This document shows, in pieces, positions 38,501-51,158 of a DNA stretch of 64,000 bases (positions are counted from its first letter, which is position 1; each line of letters begins with the position of its first letter). Where the stretch lies: positions 141,176,001 to 141,240,000 of the forward strand of contig NC_058368.1 of assembly GCF_018350175.1 (NCBI RefSeq), read 5' to 3'. The notes below the pieces were generated by a model. The model was given only the letters and a program-made list of their open reading frames with translations. It did no database searches and was not told where the DNA came from. Made by a program: the position numbers and the translations under genes. This DNA comes from Felis catus (Eukaryota).

Positions 38501-41500
38501 CTAAAGCAGCAGGATACACATCTCCAGAACAGATCACGTACTGGGTCATAAATCAGTCCTTAACAAGTACAAAAAGATTTGAGATCGTACCTTGCATGTT
38601 TTCAGACCACCGCACTATGAAACTTGAAGTCTACCACAGGAAAAAAAAAAAAAAAAAAAAAGGAAAGACTGCAAAGACATGGAGGTTAAAGGACATCCTA
38701 CTGAAGAATGAATGGGTTAATGAGGAAATTAAAGACAAAATAAAAAAGTACATGAAAGTGAATGAAAATGAAAACACGATAGTCCAAAATCTTTGGGATG
38801 CAGCAAAAGTAGTCCTAAGGGGGAAGTATATAGCAATACAAGCCTACCTCAAGAAGCAGGAGAACTCTCAAATACACAATCTAATCTTACACCTAAAGGA
38901 GCTAGAAAAGGAAAAGTAAATGAAGCCTAAAGCCAGCAGAAGAAGGAAAATAATAAAGATTACAGTGGACATAAATGATATAGAAACAAAAGGCAGTAGA
39001 ACAGATGAATGAAACTAGGAGCTGGTTCTTTGAAAGAATTAGTAATAATGATAAACCCCTAGCCAGACTTATCAAAAAGAAAAGGAAAGGACCCAAATAT
39101 ATAAAACCACGAATGAAATAGATCACAGCCAACACCACAGAAATACAAATAATTATAAGAGAATATTATGAAAAGTTATATGCCAACAAATTGGGCCATC
39201 TGGACGAAATGGATAAATTCCTAGAAACATATAAACTACCAAAACTGGAACAGGAAGAAATAGAAAATTTGAACAGACCCATAACCATCAAAGAAATTGA
39301 ATCAGTAATCAAAAATCTCCCAACAAACAAAAGTCCAGGGCCAGATGGCTTCCCAGGGGAGTTCTACCAGACATTTAGAGACTAGTTAATACCTGTTCTC
39401 AAACTGTCCCAAAAAATAGAAATGGAAGGAAAACTTCCAAATTCATTCTATGAGGCCAGCAGTACCTTGATTCCAAAACCAAACACACCACTAAAAAGGA
39501 GAAAAACAGACCAATATCCCTGATGAACTTAGTTGCAGAAATTCTCAACAAAATACCAGCATATCGAATCCATTAGTACATTAAAAGAATTATTCAGCAT
39601 GAAAAAGTGGGGTTTATTCCTGGGCTGCAAGGATGGTTCAATATCTGCAAATCAATCAATGTGATACACCACCTTAATAAAAGGAAGGATAAGAACCATA
39701 TAATCCTGCCAATAGATGCAAAAAAGCATTTGACAAAATACAGCATCCACTCTTGATAAAAATTCTCAACAGAGTAGGGATAGAGGGAATATACCTCAAC
39801 ATCATGAAAGCTGGATAAGAAAACCCACAGCTAACATCATCCTTAATGGGGAAAAACTGAGAGCTTTCACTCTAAGGTCAGGAACAAGACCAGGATGTCC
39901 ACTCTCACCATTGTTGTTTACCATAGTACTAGAAGTCCTAGCATCAGCAATCAGACAACAAAAAGAAGTAAAATGCACCCAGGTTTCCAGGGGAAAAGTC
40001 AAACTTTCACTGTTCACAGATAACGATACTCTGTGTAGAAAACCCAAAGTTTCCATCAAAAAATTGCTAGAACTGATAAATTCAGCAAATTCACTGAATA
40101 CAAAATGAATGTACAGAAATCTGTTACATTTCTGTATATCAATAATGAAGCAGGAGGAAAAGAAATCAAAGAATCTGTCCAATTTACAATTGCACCGAAA
40201 ACCATAAGTGACCTAGGAATAAACCTAACAAAAGAGATAAAAGATCTGTACTCCGGAAACTGTGGAACACTTACAAGAAAAATTGAAGAGGAAACAAAGA
40301 AATGGAAAAATATTCCATGCTCATGCATTGGAAGGACAAATATGGTTAAAATATTGATACTACCCAAATCAATCTACACTTGAAATGCAGTCCCTATCAA
40401 AATACAACCAATATTTTTCACAGAGCTAGAACAAACATTTCTAAAATTTGTATGGAACCACAAAAGATCGTGAATAGCCAAAGCAACCTTGAAAGAGAAG
40501 AGCAAAGCTGGAGGCATCAGAATTCCAGACTTCAAGCTCTGTTTCAAAGATACAGTCATCAAGACAGTATGGTACTGGCATAAAAACAGACACATAGATC
40601 CATGAAACAGAACAGAGAACCCAGAAGTGGATGCACAACTATATGGTCAGCTAATCTTTGACAAAGCAGGAAAGAAAATCCAATGGAAAAAAAAGTCTCT
40701 TCAACAAATGGTACTGGGAAAACTGGATGACAACATGCAGAAGAATGAAAACTGGACCACTTTCTTATACCATACACAAAAATAAATTCAAAATGGATGA
40801 AAGACCTAAATGTGAGACAGAAAACCATAATAATCCTAGAGAAGAACACAGGGAATAACCTCTTTCACTTTTGCCATAGCAACTTCTTGCTAGACGTGTG
40901 TCTGGAGGTAAGGTAAACAAAAGCAAACCTGAAATTTTGAGACTTTATCAAGGTAAGAAGCTTCGGCACAGCGAAGAAGATAATTGAGAAAACTAAAAGG
41001 CAGCCTATGAATGGGGGAAGATATTTGCAAATGACCTAATAAAAGGTTATGATCCCAAATTTGTACTTATCAAGCTCAACACCCAAAAAACAAATGATGG
41101 GGAGTTAAGAAATGGGAAGAAGACACGAATAGACATTTTTCCACAGACTTCCAGATGACTAACAGACACATGAAAAGATGCTCAGTATCACTCATCTTCA
41201 GGGAAATGCACATCAAAACCACAATGAGAAAAGCACGTCACACCTGTCAGAATGGCTTAAAATTACCAACACAGGAAATTAGAGGTGTTGGCGAGGATGT
41301 GAGAAAGTTGGTGGGAATGTAAACTGGTGCAGCCACTGTGGAGAAAAGTATGAGGTTCCTCAGAAACTCAAAATAGAGATACCCTATGACCCAGCAATTG
41401 CATGATTAGGCATTTACCCAGAAGATATAAAAACACTGATTTGAAGGGGCACATACACCCTGATGTTTATAGCAGCATTATCAGTATTAGCCAAATTATG

Positions 41501-41973
41501 GAAAGAGCTCAAACGTCCATCAACTGATGAATGAGTAAAGAAGTGGAATTTATATACAATGGAATGTTATTCAGCCATCAAAAAGAATGAAATATTGCCA
41601 TTTGCAACGACGTGGATGGAGCAGGAGTATATTAAGCTAAGCAAAATAAATCAATCAGAGAAAGATAAATATCATATGAGTTCACTCATGTGGAATTCAA
41701 TAAACAAAAATGAACATGGGGAAGGGAAAAGGAAAAAAAAGACAGGGAGGCAAACCATAAGACACTCTTAACTATAAAGAACAAACTGAGGGTTGCTGGA
41801 GGGGAAGTGGGGGGATGGGCTAAATGGGTGATGGGTGTTAAGAAAGGCACCTGTTGTGACAAGTACTGGGTGTTGTATGTAAGTGAAGAATCACTAAATT
41901 CCACTCCTGAAACCAATATTAAACTATATGTTAGCTCTACTGAATTTAAATAAAACCTTTAAAATAAAAAAAA
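35560..41973 (+). mobile_element. Full-length degenerate LINE-1 (carnivore L1): 5'UTR, broken ORF1, broken ORF2 (EN/RT), 3'UTR, A-tail
   Basis: ORF fragments 37736 (ORF1 C-terminus, KSFPDKQKLKEFLTTKPALQEILKG), 38596, 39191 ([16 protein letters not shown]), 39911, 40105 and 41559 are L1 ORF1p/ORF2p. ORF2 ATG is near 37968. TSD gattttg(a/t)gaatatt at 35545-35559 and 41976-41990. Many stops and frameshifts. Confidence 0.93.
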
Positions 41974-42149
41974 TGGATTTTGTGAATATTTTCTTCCAGG
42001 CTGATTTTTCTATTCATCTTCTTAACTTTGGCTTTTGAGCAAAATTTAATTTTGATGTAGCTTAAGTTATTTCTTTTATAGTTATTACATTCTGTATTCT
42101 AAAAGTCTTTACCTACTCCCAGTTCTAGATGATAATTTCTTAGAGAAAT

Positions 42150-42191
42150 TATCAGAGAGAGACAGAGACAGAGTACGAGCAGGGTAGGGGC

Positions 42192-42222
<31 letters not shown>

Positions 42223-42223
42223 C

Positions 42224-42276
<53 letters not shown>

Positions 42277-42407
42277 ATATCTGCAGTAGGCTTCAGGCTC
42301 TGAGCTGTCATCACAGAGCCCAGTGCAGGGCTCAAACTCACGAACAGTGAGATCATGACCTGAACCAAAGTCGGATGCCTGACTGACTGAGCTATCCAGA
42401 CGCCCCT
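42150..42407 (-). mobile_element. CanSINE with expanded (GA)n
   Basis: Long GA run at ~42192-42272; SINE head at the right. Confidence 0.85.
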
Positions 42408-45089
42408 TGAGTAATTTTTTAATATGCATGTTTGGTGGTCAGATTTTTATAACAGAGTCTCAAATATACTGTATTTCTGTCATCTCAGACATGATCTAGT
42501 CCTTGGTAGTATTAAAATTCCCATAAACAGCTCTATACTCCACTACTGAAAAACAGTGGTCTCTAATTTTGGATTTATTTTTAACTGCTACTCGTAAACT
42601 ATGAAATAACGAAATGAATACAGTGAACTCATCACTCAGGGCAAGAGCTGGAATGTTTCCAGTGCTACTGTGTTTGCTGCTTGATTCCCATCACATGAGT
42701 TTGGCCCTAGATGCCTGCAGATGCAAGTGGTCAGGAGTCCCTCTCTGAGTGAGGTACACAGTAATCAAGAGATTGTTTTTAAAAAGATAACACCCTCAAC
42801 TGAGAGCTAACGTGTCATTCCCGCTTGGTCTGATTGAAACATACTTTCATTGATCCCTTCGGAAACCAGCTCCAGAGCACCTGTATGTTCAAGGCTCTGT
42901 CATAGGTGCTACAGTGGAAGACAAGTGTGCTCAGTCAGTTCTATCATTTGTAACGCTCCAGCTTAAGGGACAGTTATATCTAGTGAAGTGTTTTTGTGCT
43001 TCTGCTACTGATAATGTGACTGTCTTAGAAAAATCATACTATGTCCAGTGCCTTCGTATTCGTTTGTTTTTTTCCCCCCTGCCTTCCCCCTCCTCCAACT
43101 TGGGGAAGAATATCTATTTTTACTTCACTGGCATGCTGCAAATGTTAAAGAGCTGGATCCGCCAGAGTCCTTAGGGCATGGGAGGAACTTGCTTGATGAG
43201 AATACTTCAGGATGTGGTTGCTTTTTGGGTGCATTTCTCAGTTCACTGGGGGAAACTTGCTCCCATGTCACGACATGTAACATGGAGCTCTGCATGCCCT
43301 GCATGAGCTGTCAGGAGCAGTGTGAGAAGTGGAATGGGTGGAAGTGTTGGGGCGAAGTGCAGCATGGTATCATAGAGGACGTCTCTCCTGGGGGGAGTGG
43401 CTGGGACTGATACTAAAAGTCCTGTTGTCCAGTCTTGGCAAGAAAATTAAAAGTAGGAGAAATATTTTGAGGCAGGAGATTCATATCAGCATTTCAAAAT
43501 GAGTGGCCTTTGCTTCATCACTGCCTTGAGGATATTTACTTGTTCAGTATGTAGAATTGGCAGGTTTCTGCTTACGGTGCTGTCCACTGCCTCCCCCGCT
43601 CTGCCACTCCCACTGGGCTTTCCAACTGGATTTGGAAATCCTATTCATCACAACTGTGGCCTAAATGTTTCCTACCAAGGCTGTACTTGGCTTTAAGATT
43701 TATTCTTCCATATTGCACGGACACGGATTTTCTGGAACTGTTCAGTATTGGAGCTCATATGGCCTCATGGGGGCTATCCTTACATATTAAGTGAAATGAC
43801 TGAGTTGTAGAGATGCTTTGACATGGTAACTTGCTGCAGGACTCTCCTGTCCTGTCTGTCCTTCATTTTATTGTGAAGTCATGGCTTCCACCTAGCCCAG
43901 TCAGTTCCATGCAATTACAGAGTCGGTAGGAATTTTGGTCCCATATTTCAGGGGGAAAAAAAAAATTAACATCATTGCTCAGGCTCTGGAGTCAGGCTGA
44001 CCTCAGTTCAAATCTTGCTAGTTGTGTGGCTGTGGGTGAGTCTCTTAACACTTGTAGCACTTTGTTTCCATGTCTCTAAATTGAAGATAATTCCAACCTC
44101 CAAAGAATTGTTGAAGAGTTATTGAATAAGATCCTATATTTAATAGTACTTTCATTATAATGGCTGGCTCTTAAATTTTCATCAAACCATAGCTGTTAAT
44201 AGCATCACCTTCCTGGAGACGTTTAAGGAATGCTCTCAAACCGTTTTGTACCTGCTGAATTCACCCCTCACCTGATCACAGTGGTCAATAGTTTAGTATG
44301 TGGCTAATACTAATAAAATCTATACGTGTGGTCTATTCTAGAAGCTCTTTGTTACCCAGTGTTTGCTTAAAGCCAAACCAAGTATTCTGAAAATTGATGC
44401 TTAATAGACAGGGGGAATGCATGTAGAGATGTGTAGACTCATCTTTGTTTATACAAATACTAATAAGTGACATTTCTTTAGGGAAAGGTTAGTTTTATCT
44501 TCATATTTTTCATAATTAGTCTTTACTGAGAAAATAGTTTCATAGTGATTTGACTATCCGAGACAGATTATTGCTTTCCTCAAAGGTATTTGTAAGCATT
44601 TGTTGATTAAACTTGTCAAAAGAATAGTTAAAAGGATTTCCAGCAAAGCAAGAGAGCATATACTGGAGCCATGGAAAGTTCACCGAAGCAGGAGTTGGCA
44701 GATGTGGATCCAGCTCTGTTGCTGCTTGGCTTTGGGAAGGTACTATCCTCATCTGTGGAATGGGGGGTAATGGATCACCCTCAGAGTCCTTTCCTGCTTA
44801 CAGGAGTCCTGAGAGTCCTGGGCCCTGTTCTTGTAATTGCTACTGGGACACCCCTTCTCCCAGTCACCTGCAGTCTGTGTTACCCCTGTGAGGCTGCTCC
44901 CACCAGACACGTCTGCTTGATTCTCTTGGCCCTGCCACGGATCAGCCCTTAGTTGGTCATTCTAGCTTGGATGGAGAGATGAATAAAACATTGTGGTTCT
45001 AGGAAGGTTTAGGTAGCAGTCTCCTTGCAAAAGGAGGGAGGCCCTGCATGGCAGTTTGAGTTCTTTGTAGTTACATGTGAAAAGCAGTA

Positions 45090-46098
45090 TAGGTTGCCCT
45101 AGCTTTGCACAGTTTCAGTGTATACAGGTTTCAGAGTTGAGATAAATCACACCAGATCCCCACAACATACTTTGGATTGCAATTACATCAGTGTTCTCAT
45201 TGAATAATTGCTTTAAATATGAACTGTGTTGCTAGCACTTCAGTCCACACACCACTATGTAAATAACAGATGCGTGGCGCAATCAGTAACCAATGACGTC
45301 ACCTTTTTCAAAGTCTTCATGATTGATCTCTGCCTACTGTTCGTCCATGCAGGCACAGACAGCAAAGTGTGTAGTTAGTTGTCACCATCTTGTCTCTCCA
45401 TGACCACACACATGACCTTACACACAAACAGATCATTGAGAGAGGGAATGAGCCAACACAGATGAAAGTGCGTCAGAGAAATGAGAAGTGATCCTGCCAG
45501 AGGGAAGATTAAATTGAATGTAAATGAGGTTAGAGGAGAGAGCTGATTGGGGTGGGAATGTTCACACTGTCACATTGAGATGTTCTAGATCTGCAGCCAG
45601 AGGTCGTTAAACCTGCAGCAATGATCAGAATCCATGGAGAATGTTTGTGATGAAAGTAATGAAATGTCACAGAGGAAGTGGTACCAGTAAAAAAACAGAA
45701 AGAAAACTACGTATTAATGAAACTCGGCCTATTTTGTGGCACTGAAAGTTGGGCAGATGAAATACTGGAAGCTGATTGAAGTTTAGGACTTTGTAGTTCA
45801 CCAGGTCATAGAAAAGATGCTCACTCTGTATTCTATGCTTACACAATTTGGAGAAGGCACATACTGTTCAAGCTACTTGTAAGTTTTTTTAAAAGAAAAT
45901 ATTTTAATTTTCAGTGTTTCTAACGTTTTCATTTACAGTTTTACTTTATTTCATTACACAGTTAATACCAACTAAGATTTTTCATGTTTGGACAGAATTT
46001 ATGAAGGTCATAGAATAGTCATTTTTGCCATCATTTAGGGCTGCTTTTTGTAGTTGCTGTTAGAGCCTGGCCCTACCATGCGAAGCAAGGATTGCCTC
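45090..46098. mobile_element. TcMar-Tigger-like non-autonomous DNA transposon (~1 kb)
   Basis: Imperfect TIRs aggttgccctagctttgcacag versus the reverse complement of the right end, aggcaatccttgcttcgcatgg; TA flanks at 45088-89 and 46099-100. Confidence 0.6.
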
Positions 46099-46560
46099 TA
46101 GTAGTGTTCTGACCCTGGACAGGACTCAAGTCCACCCAGATCTGTCCCAGAAGGAAGGTGTTGTCTCATTGTCCCAAACTTCAGCCTGGATCAGATCTTA
46201 ATCTACTCTTTTGATGTGTTTACAGCAGTGCAGTGAGGTAGATACAACAAAATTGTTTCCTTCTGCCCATTCCGCTGCGCCAAGATTCTCTTCTTGGTTG
46301 TCATGTCCTTATTCTCATGTGGTCACTGCTCAGTAGTGCATTTACTATACTTATCTTCCCCTGACTGTCTCCCCTGCTTGCTTCCTAGGGGCAGAGACTA
46401 GACTTTGTCCGTCTCTATCAGCTTTTTCTCCCAGTTCATAACACTTTATAATAGATCATCAATACATACTCTTTGAATGTTCTCTATATTATTAAAGCAA
46501 ATAAAAGGGTCACTTAACTCTTATTCTTTACAAATCAAATTCATTCGTATGCCTTTAATA

Positions 46561-46786
46561 ATTATTTTTAAATTTTTTTTCAACGTTTTTTATTTATTTT
46601 TGGGACAGAGAGAGACAGAGCATGAACAGGGGAGGGGCAGAGAGAGAGGGAGACACAGAATCGGAAAGAGGCTCCAGGCTCTGAGCCATCAGCCCAGAGC
46701 CCGACGCGGGGCTCGAACTCACGGACCGCGAGTTCGTGACCTGGCTGAAGTCGGATGCTTAACCGACCGCGCCACCCAGGCGCCCC
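46561..46786 (-). mobile_element. Young felid SINE
   Basis: Intact CpGs; TSD aattatttttaaa. Confidence 0.92.
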
Positions 46787-46892
46787 AATTATTTTTAAAG
46801 TTTATTTTCTGAAATTTTGAGATTTGCCTCAGTGAAGGGTCAGTAAATACTTACAAGTGGCCATGACTAACAAACTAAGTACTGATACATAG

Positions 46893-47116
46893 AAATTTTT
46901 TTTAAGTTTTTTAAGTTTTTTTTTTTATTTTGAGAGAGATGGAGACAGTGTGAATGGGGGAGGGGCAGAGATAGAGGGCGAGAGAGAGAATCCCAAGCAG
47001 GCTCCACACTGCCAGCACAGAGCCTGACGGAGGGCTTGATCTCAAGAATCATGAGATCATGACATGAGCTGAAATTAAGAGTTGGACACTTAACCAACTG
47101 AGCCACCCAGGCACCC
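46893..47116 (-). mobile_element. CanSINE
   Basis: TSD gataca(t/c)agaa. Confidence 0.88.
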
Positions 47117-47682
47117 GATACACAGAATGTTAAATAGGGAGAGGGACTGTATCACTTTAGGTCTTTTTGGTTTTCTTTGGTTGCAAGCAAGAGCTGCCTT
47201 ATACAACAAAGTAAATAAATGAATAAAAACGTATTTGTGCAATTTTTGTTTTCTTTGTAGAATTCAAGGAGGAATTGAAAGCTCTGGCTTAGAAAGTGTG
47301 GCAGTGAGCCATCTCTGAGTACTTTGACAGCAAGAGTTAAAGGCTCTTGCTTCCATATCTCTACTATTAATGAGCTACAGGTCTCATTTCCTGGCCTTTG
47401 TGTCTCTTTTGTTCAAATCCCAAGTTTCTGGAAACAGAATATCATTAGCCCAGCTGCGCTGGGAGATAGGGGCAGAAAGTCCAACCCTAGTTACTTGGGC
47501 CCGCGACTTTCCTAGAAAAGATGCAATGTTCCAGAGATAGGCATACATCAAAAAAAGGTAATTACTATAGTACTTCACTGTAAAATGCATATATATTTTT
47601 ATTCCTGTAGATTTTTCACTTAGGAGTTGAATTATTGAAAAGTAGTCTTTCTGATTTTTTTTAATAAATGGGAAGAATTTTA

Positions 47683-47764
47683 TTTTTTTAAGTATTCCCG
47701 TTAACATACAGTGTTATGTTTCAGGTATACATTATAATAACTTAATAGTTCCATACATTACCCT
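47683..47764 (-). mobile_element. Extremely 5'-truncated L1 3' end (82 bp)
   Basis: Perfect 18-bp TSD taaatgggaagaatttta at 47665-47682 and 47765-47782; insert begins with poly-T and resembles an L1 3' terminus (taacatacagtgttatgtttcaggtatac). Confidence 0.7.
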
Positions 47765-47850
47765 TAAATGGGAAGAATTTTAAACACTACCCAAAGAAAT
47801 TCTCTCATGAGTGCTTTTACAATATAATTAGTCTTGTTTTAAAATGAAGA

Positions 47851-48351
47851 TGTTATTATTTAGGTAGGGTGAGGCCAACAGATCAGGAAATGACTATGAT
47901 TAAACAGTTTGTCACTTGGAGGAGGGGGCACCCTATGCCATGGCAGACCACACATTTAGCACCAAGGTTGGTCAGGAGGCAGAGAGACCAAGAGGAAAAT
48001 GTGGGCAAGAGTCTCACTGTGGCTTCTGTGGGAAGGAATGGGTAGAGGAGGGTAAGCAGGTTTGGCCAGCTTGAATCATCGCAGGGGAATTTGGGGGTTT
48101 GTCTCTGGTTGTTTGATTCCTGGCCCTGGAGTGATTAGGGTAGGTGGAATAGTGGTTCCATGCATTAAAGCGTGATAAAAGAAGTGGTAGGAGTCTGGGC
48201 TCTGGATTGATTTGCATTTGAAGGGTGCTTTTCTAGGCATGTTTTCTGCTATTTCCAGAAATTGACTAACCCTCTTTGGAGGCACAGGGTTGCAGGGCTT
48301 TAGATGTCAAAGCGTTAGAACTACAGAAAATAACAAGACATGGTTAATACC
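47851..48351 (-). mobile_element. ERVL solo LTR, MER74-like
   Basis: Minus strand begins gtattaaccatgtcttgttattttctgtagttctaacgctttgacatct, resembling the remembered MER74A 5' end; contains aatccagagccc. Confidence 0.65.
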
Positions 48352-49093
48352 ATTGCTCACTTTGAACCAGTTTTGTGAGTTCTCATGTGAAATCCAGTAT
48401 AAGTTCCTCAAATGGCCTTAATGTGACCCAGTTCTCTGCTGCAAACTAGACTTTGCCTCTCACTCTTCCCTCTGTCAGAGTGGCTTCCTTACAGTTCTTT
48501 GAACACATCCAGCACACTTCCCACTCTAGAGGCCAGTAGAGCCCCCCCTGCTTGGAGTGCTTTTCCTTCAGACATCAACTTGGCTTCCTTCTCTGTTTCC
48601 TTCAGGCATTTGTGCCTATGTTACTTTTTCAGTGAGACCTACCCTAACCACCTTCCTTAATGTTGCTTCCAAGTGCCCAGTTTTGCTCTCCCTTCCCCTC
48701 TCCTACTGTTTGTACGTAGCACTTAGCACTTTTAACATTCAGTGTCATTTGCTTACTTACTATTCATGTTCTTTACCCCTCTACCTCTATAGTGCAAGGG
48801 TGTTTATTATTTTCATCACTGTACTCTAAGCAGTTAAAGACAATGCTGGGAATGTAGTAGGTGCTTGGAAAATTTTTGTTTATTAATGACATTATTTTTC
48901 CAAAAGTGGAACAGTCTGTAAGTATTACGAGGTTAATCTTCAGCAGTGCCCAACATGGGAATACAGTGTGTTCTTATTGTATTAGTCAGTTATTGAGGCC
49001 AGATGGTATAAAGGAAATCTAAAGTGTTGAGATTCTTGTTTAGCAAGTCCTAGTTCAGCTAGACAGAGGACTGAGAAGAAATTCTCTCATCTT

Positions 49094-49348
49094 ATAAAAC
49101 AGATGAACATAAGGGAAGGGAGGCAAAAATAATATAAACACAGAGAGGGGGACAAAACATAAGAGACTCTTAAATACAGAGAACAAACAGAGGGTTACTG
49201 GAGGGGTTATGGGAGGGGGGATGGTTTAAATGGGCTAAGGGGCATTAAGGAATCTACTCCTGAAATCATTGTTGCACTATATGCTAACTAACTTGGATGT
49301 AAATTAAAAAATAAATTTAAAAAAGAATTAACTCCAAAAAAAGAAAAA
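49094..49348 (+). mobile_element. Short L1 3'UTR insertion
   Basis: L1 3'UTR motifs (aagagactcttaaatacagagaacaaac), A-rich tail, 20-bp TSD agaagaaattctctcatctt at 49074-49093 and 49349-49368. Confidence 0.85.
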
Positions 49349-49725
49349 AGAAGAAATTCTCTCATCTTTTCCTACTTTTAAGCCCTGTGTATTGAGTTTT
49401 TCGTGTTAATACCATAGCTGTTATTGACTTTACACACAAACCAATTTATCCTACCCGACTTGTACACTGTAGCTCTCTTGTTAATAGTTTCATTTGAAGA
49501 CTTTCTCTTCATTATCAAATCCACAAGGCTGTGCCCTTCAATTCTCTTAGAAGAGCCACCTGCTACTTCTTCCTAGAAGTAGCTCTGTGGTCAAAAACTT
49601 TTAGGAGCACTCTGGACTGAGGAGTGACAGACCTAGCCCAGGGTGAGCTCTTAATAAGTGTGGCTGCATCCTGTGTTACTAGTGTGTGATTTCAAGCCAT
49701 GTGCTAAGAAGAAAATGTCAAAATC

Positions 49726-50584
49726 TCATGAATGGACACTTTTCTAAAGAAGACATCCAGATGGCCAGCAGGCACATGAAAAGATGCTCGACGTCACTCC
49801 TCATCAGGGAAATACAAATCAAAACCATGCTGAGATAGCACCTCATGCCAGTCAGAGTGGCTAAAATGAACAAATCAGGAGACTAGAGATGCTGGAGAAG
49901 ATGTGGAGAAATGGGAGCCCTCTTGCACTGTTGTTGGGAGGTGCAGCTGCTCTGGAAGCATTGTGGAGGTTCCTCAAAAAATTAAAAATAGACCTACCCT
50001 ATGGCCCAGCAATAGCACTGTTAGGAATTTGCCCAAGGGATACAGGAGTGCTGATGCATAGGGGCACTTGTACCCCGATGTTTATAGCAGCCCTTTCAAC
50101 AATGGCCAAATGATGGAACGATCCTAAATGTCCATCAACTGATGAATGGATAAAGAAGATGTGGTTTATATATACAATGTAATACTACTTGGCAATGAGA
50201 AAGAATGAAATCTGGCCATTTGTAGCAATGTGGATGGAACTGGAGGGTATTATGCTAAGTGAAATAAGTCAGGCAGAGAAAGACAGATACCATATGTTTT
50301 CACTCATTTGTGGATCCTGAGAAACTTAACAGAAGACCATGGGGGAGGAGAAGGGGAAAAAAAGTTACAGACAGGGAAGGAGGCAAACCACAAGAGACTC
50401 TTAAAAACTGAGAACAAACTGAGGGTTGACGGGGGGTAGGGGAGAGGGGAAGGTGGGTGATGGGTATTGAGGAGGGCACCTGTTGGGATGAGTACTGGGT
50501 GTTGTATGGAAACCAATTTGACAATAAATTTCATTAAAAACACAGCTTAAAAAAGTAAATAAATAAATACAAGTTCAATTAAAA
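49726..50584 (+). mobile_element. 5'-truncated felid L1 (~860 bp)
   Basis: ORF 49889..50113 is the L1 ORF2p C-terminus; perfect 20-bp TSD aagaagaaaatgtcaaaatc at 49706-49725 and 50585-50604. Confidence 0.9.
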
Positions 50585-50974
50585 AAGAAGAAAATGTCAA
50601 AATCATGTTGAAAATGATTCTGTCTCTTCTGGAAACATGGTATTTGGGAAAACAGGAAATGACTTAAACAGTATAAAACAAATGACATTTATGATGCATT
50701 CAGATATTTAATGATGTTAAGGAGCTATTGGGGAGGTTTAGGTATGAGATGATGTTGTGGTTTTCTTTTCTTTCTTTTTTTTTCTAAGTCTTTAACAGAT
50801 ACCAATGAATGAAATAATGTGATATGCAGGCCTTGCTGCAAACCAGTGCAAGTGTTGAAAATTGGGGAAGGGTAGAAATGAAGACAGATTGGCCTGGAGT
50901 TGGTTATTGCTGAAGCTGGGTGTTGGGTGCATTAGGTTTATTATAGTATTGTGTCTATTTTCTATATATTGCCA

Positions 50975-51158
50975 ATTTTTTTTTTAATTTTTTTTTCAAC
51001 GTTTATTTATTTTTTGGGGGACAGAGAGAGACAGAGCATGAACGGGGGAGGGGCAGAGAGAGAGGGAGACACAGAATCGGAAACAGGCTCCAGGCTCTGA
51101 GCCATCAGCCCAGAGCCTGACGCGGGGCTCGAACTCACGGACCGCGAGATCGTGACCT
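50975..51158 (-). mobile_element. Young felid SINE, 5'-truncated
   Basis: Ends at gatcgtgacct; TSD tatattgccaatttttt on both sides. Confidence 0.9.

Noticed and set aside
35560..41973. Active L1 or domesticated reverse transcriptase gene
   Set aside because: ORF1 and ORF2 are broken by many stops and frameshifts; the longest sense-strand piece is about 107 aa.
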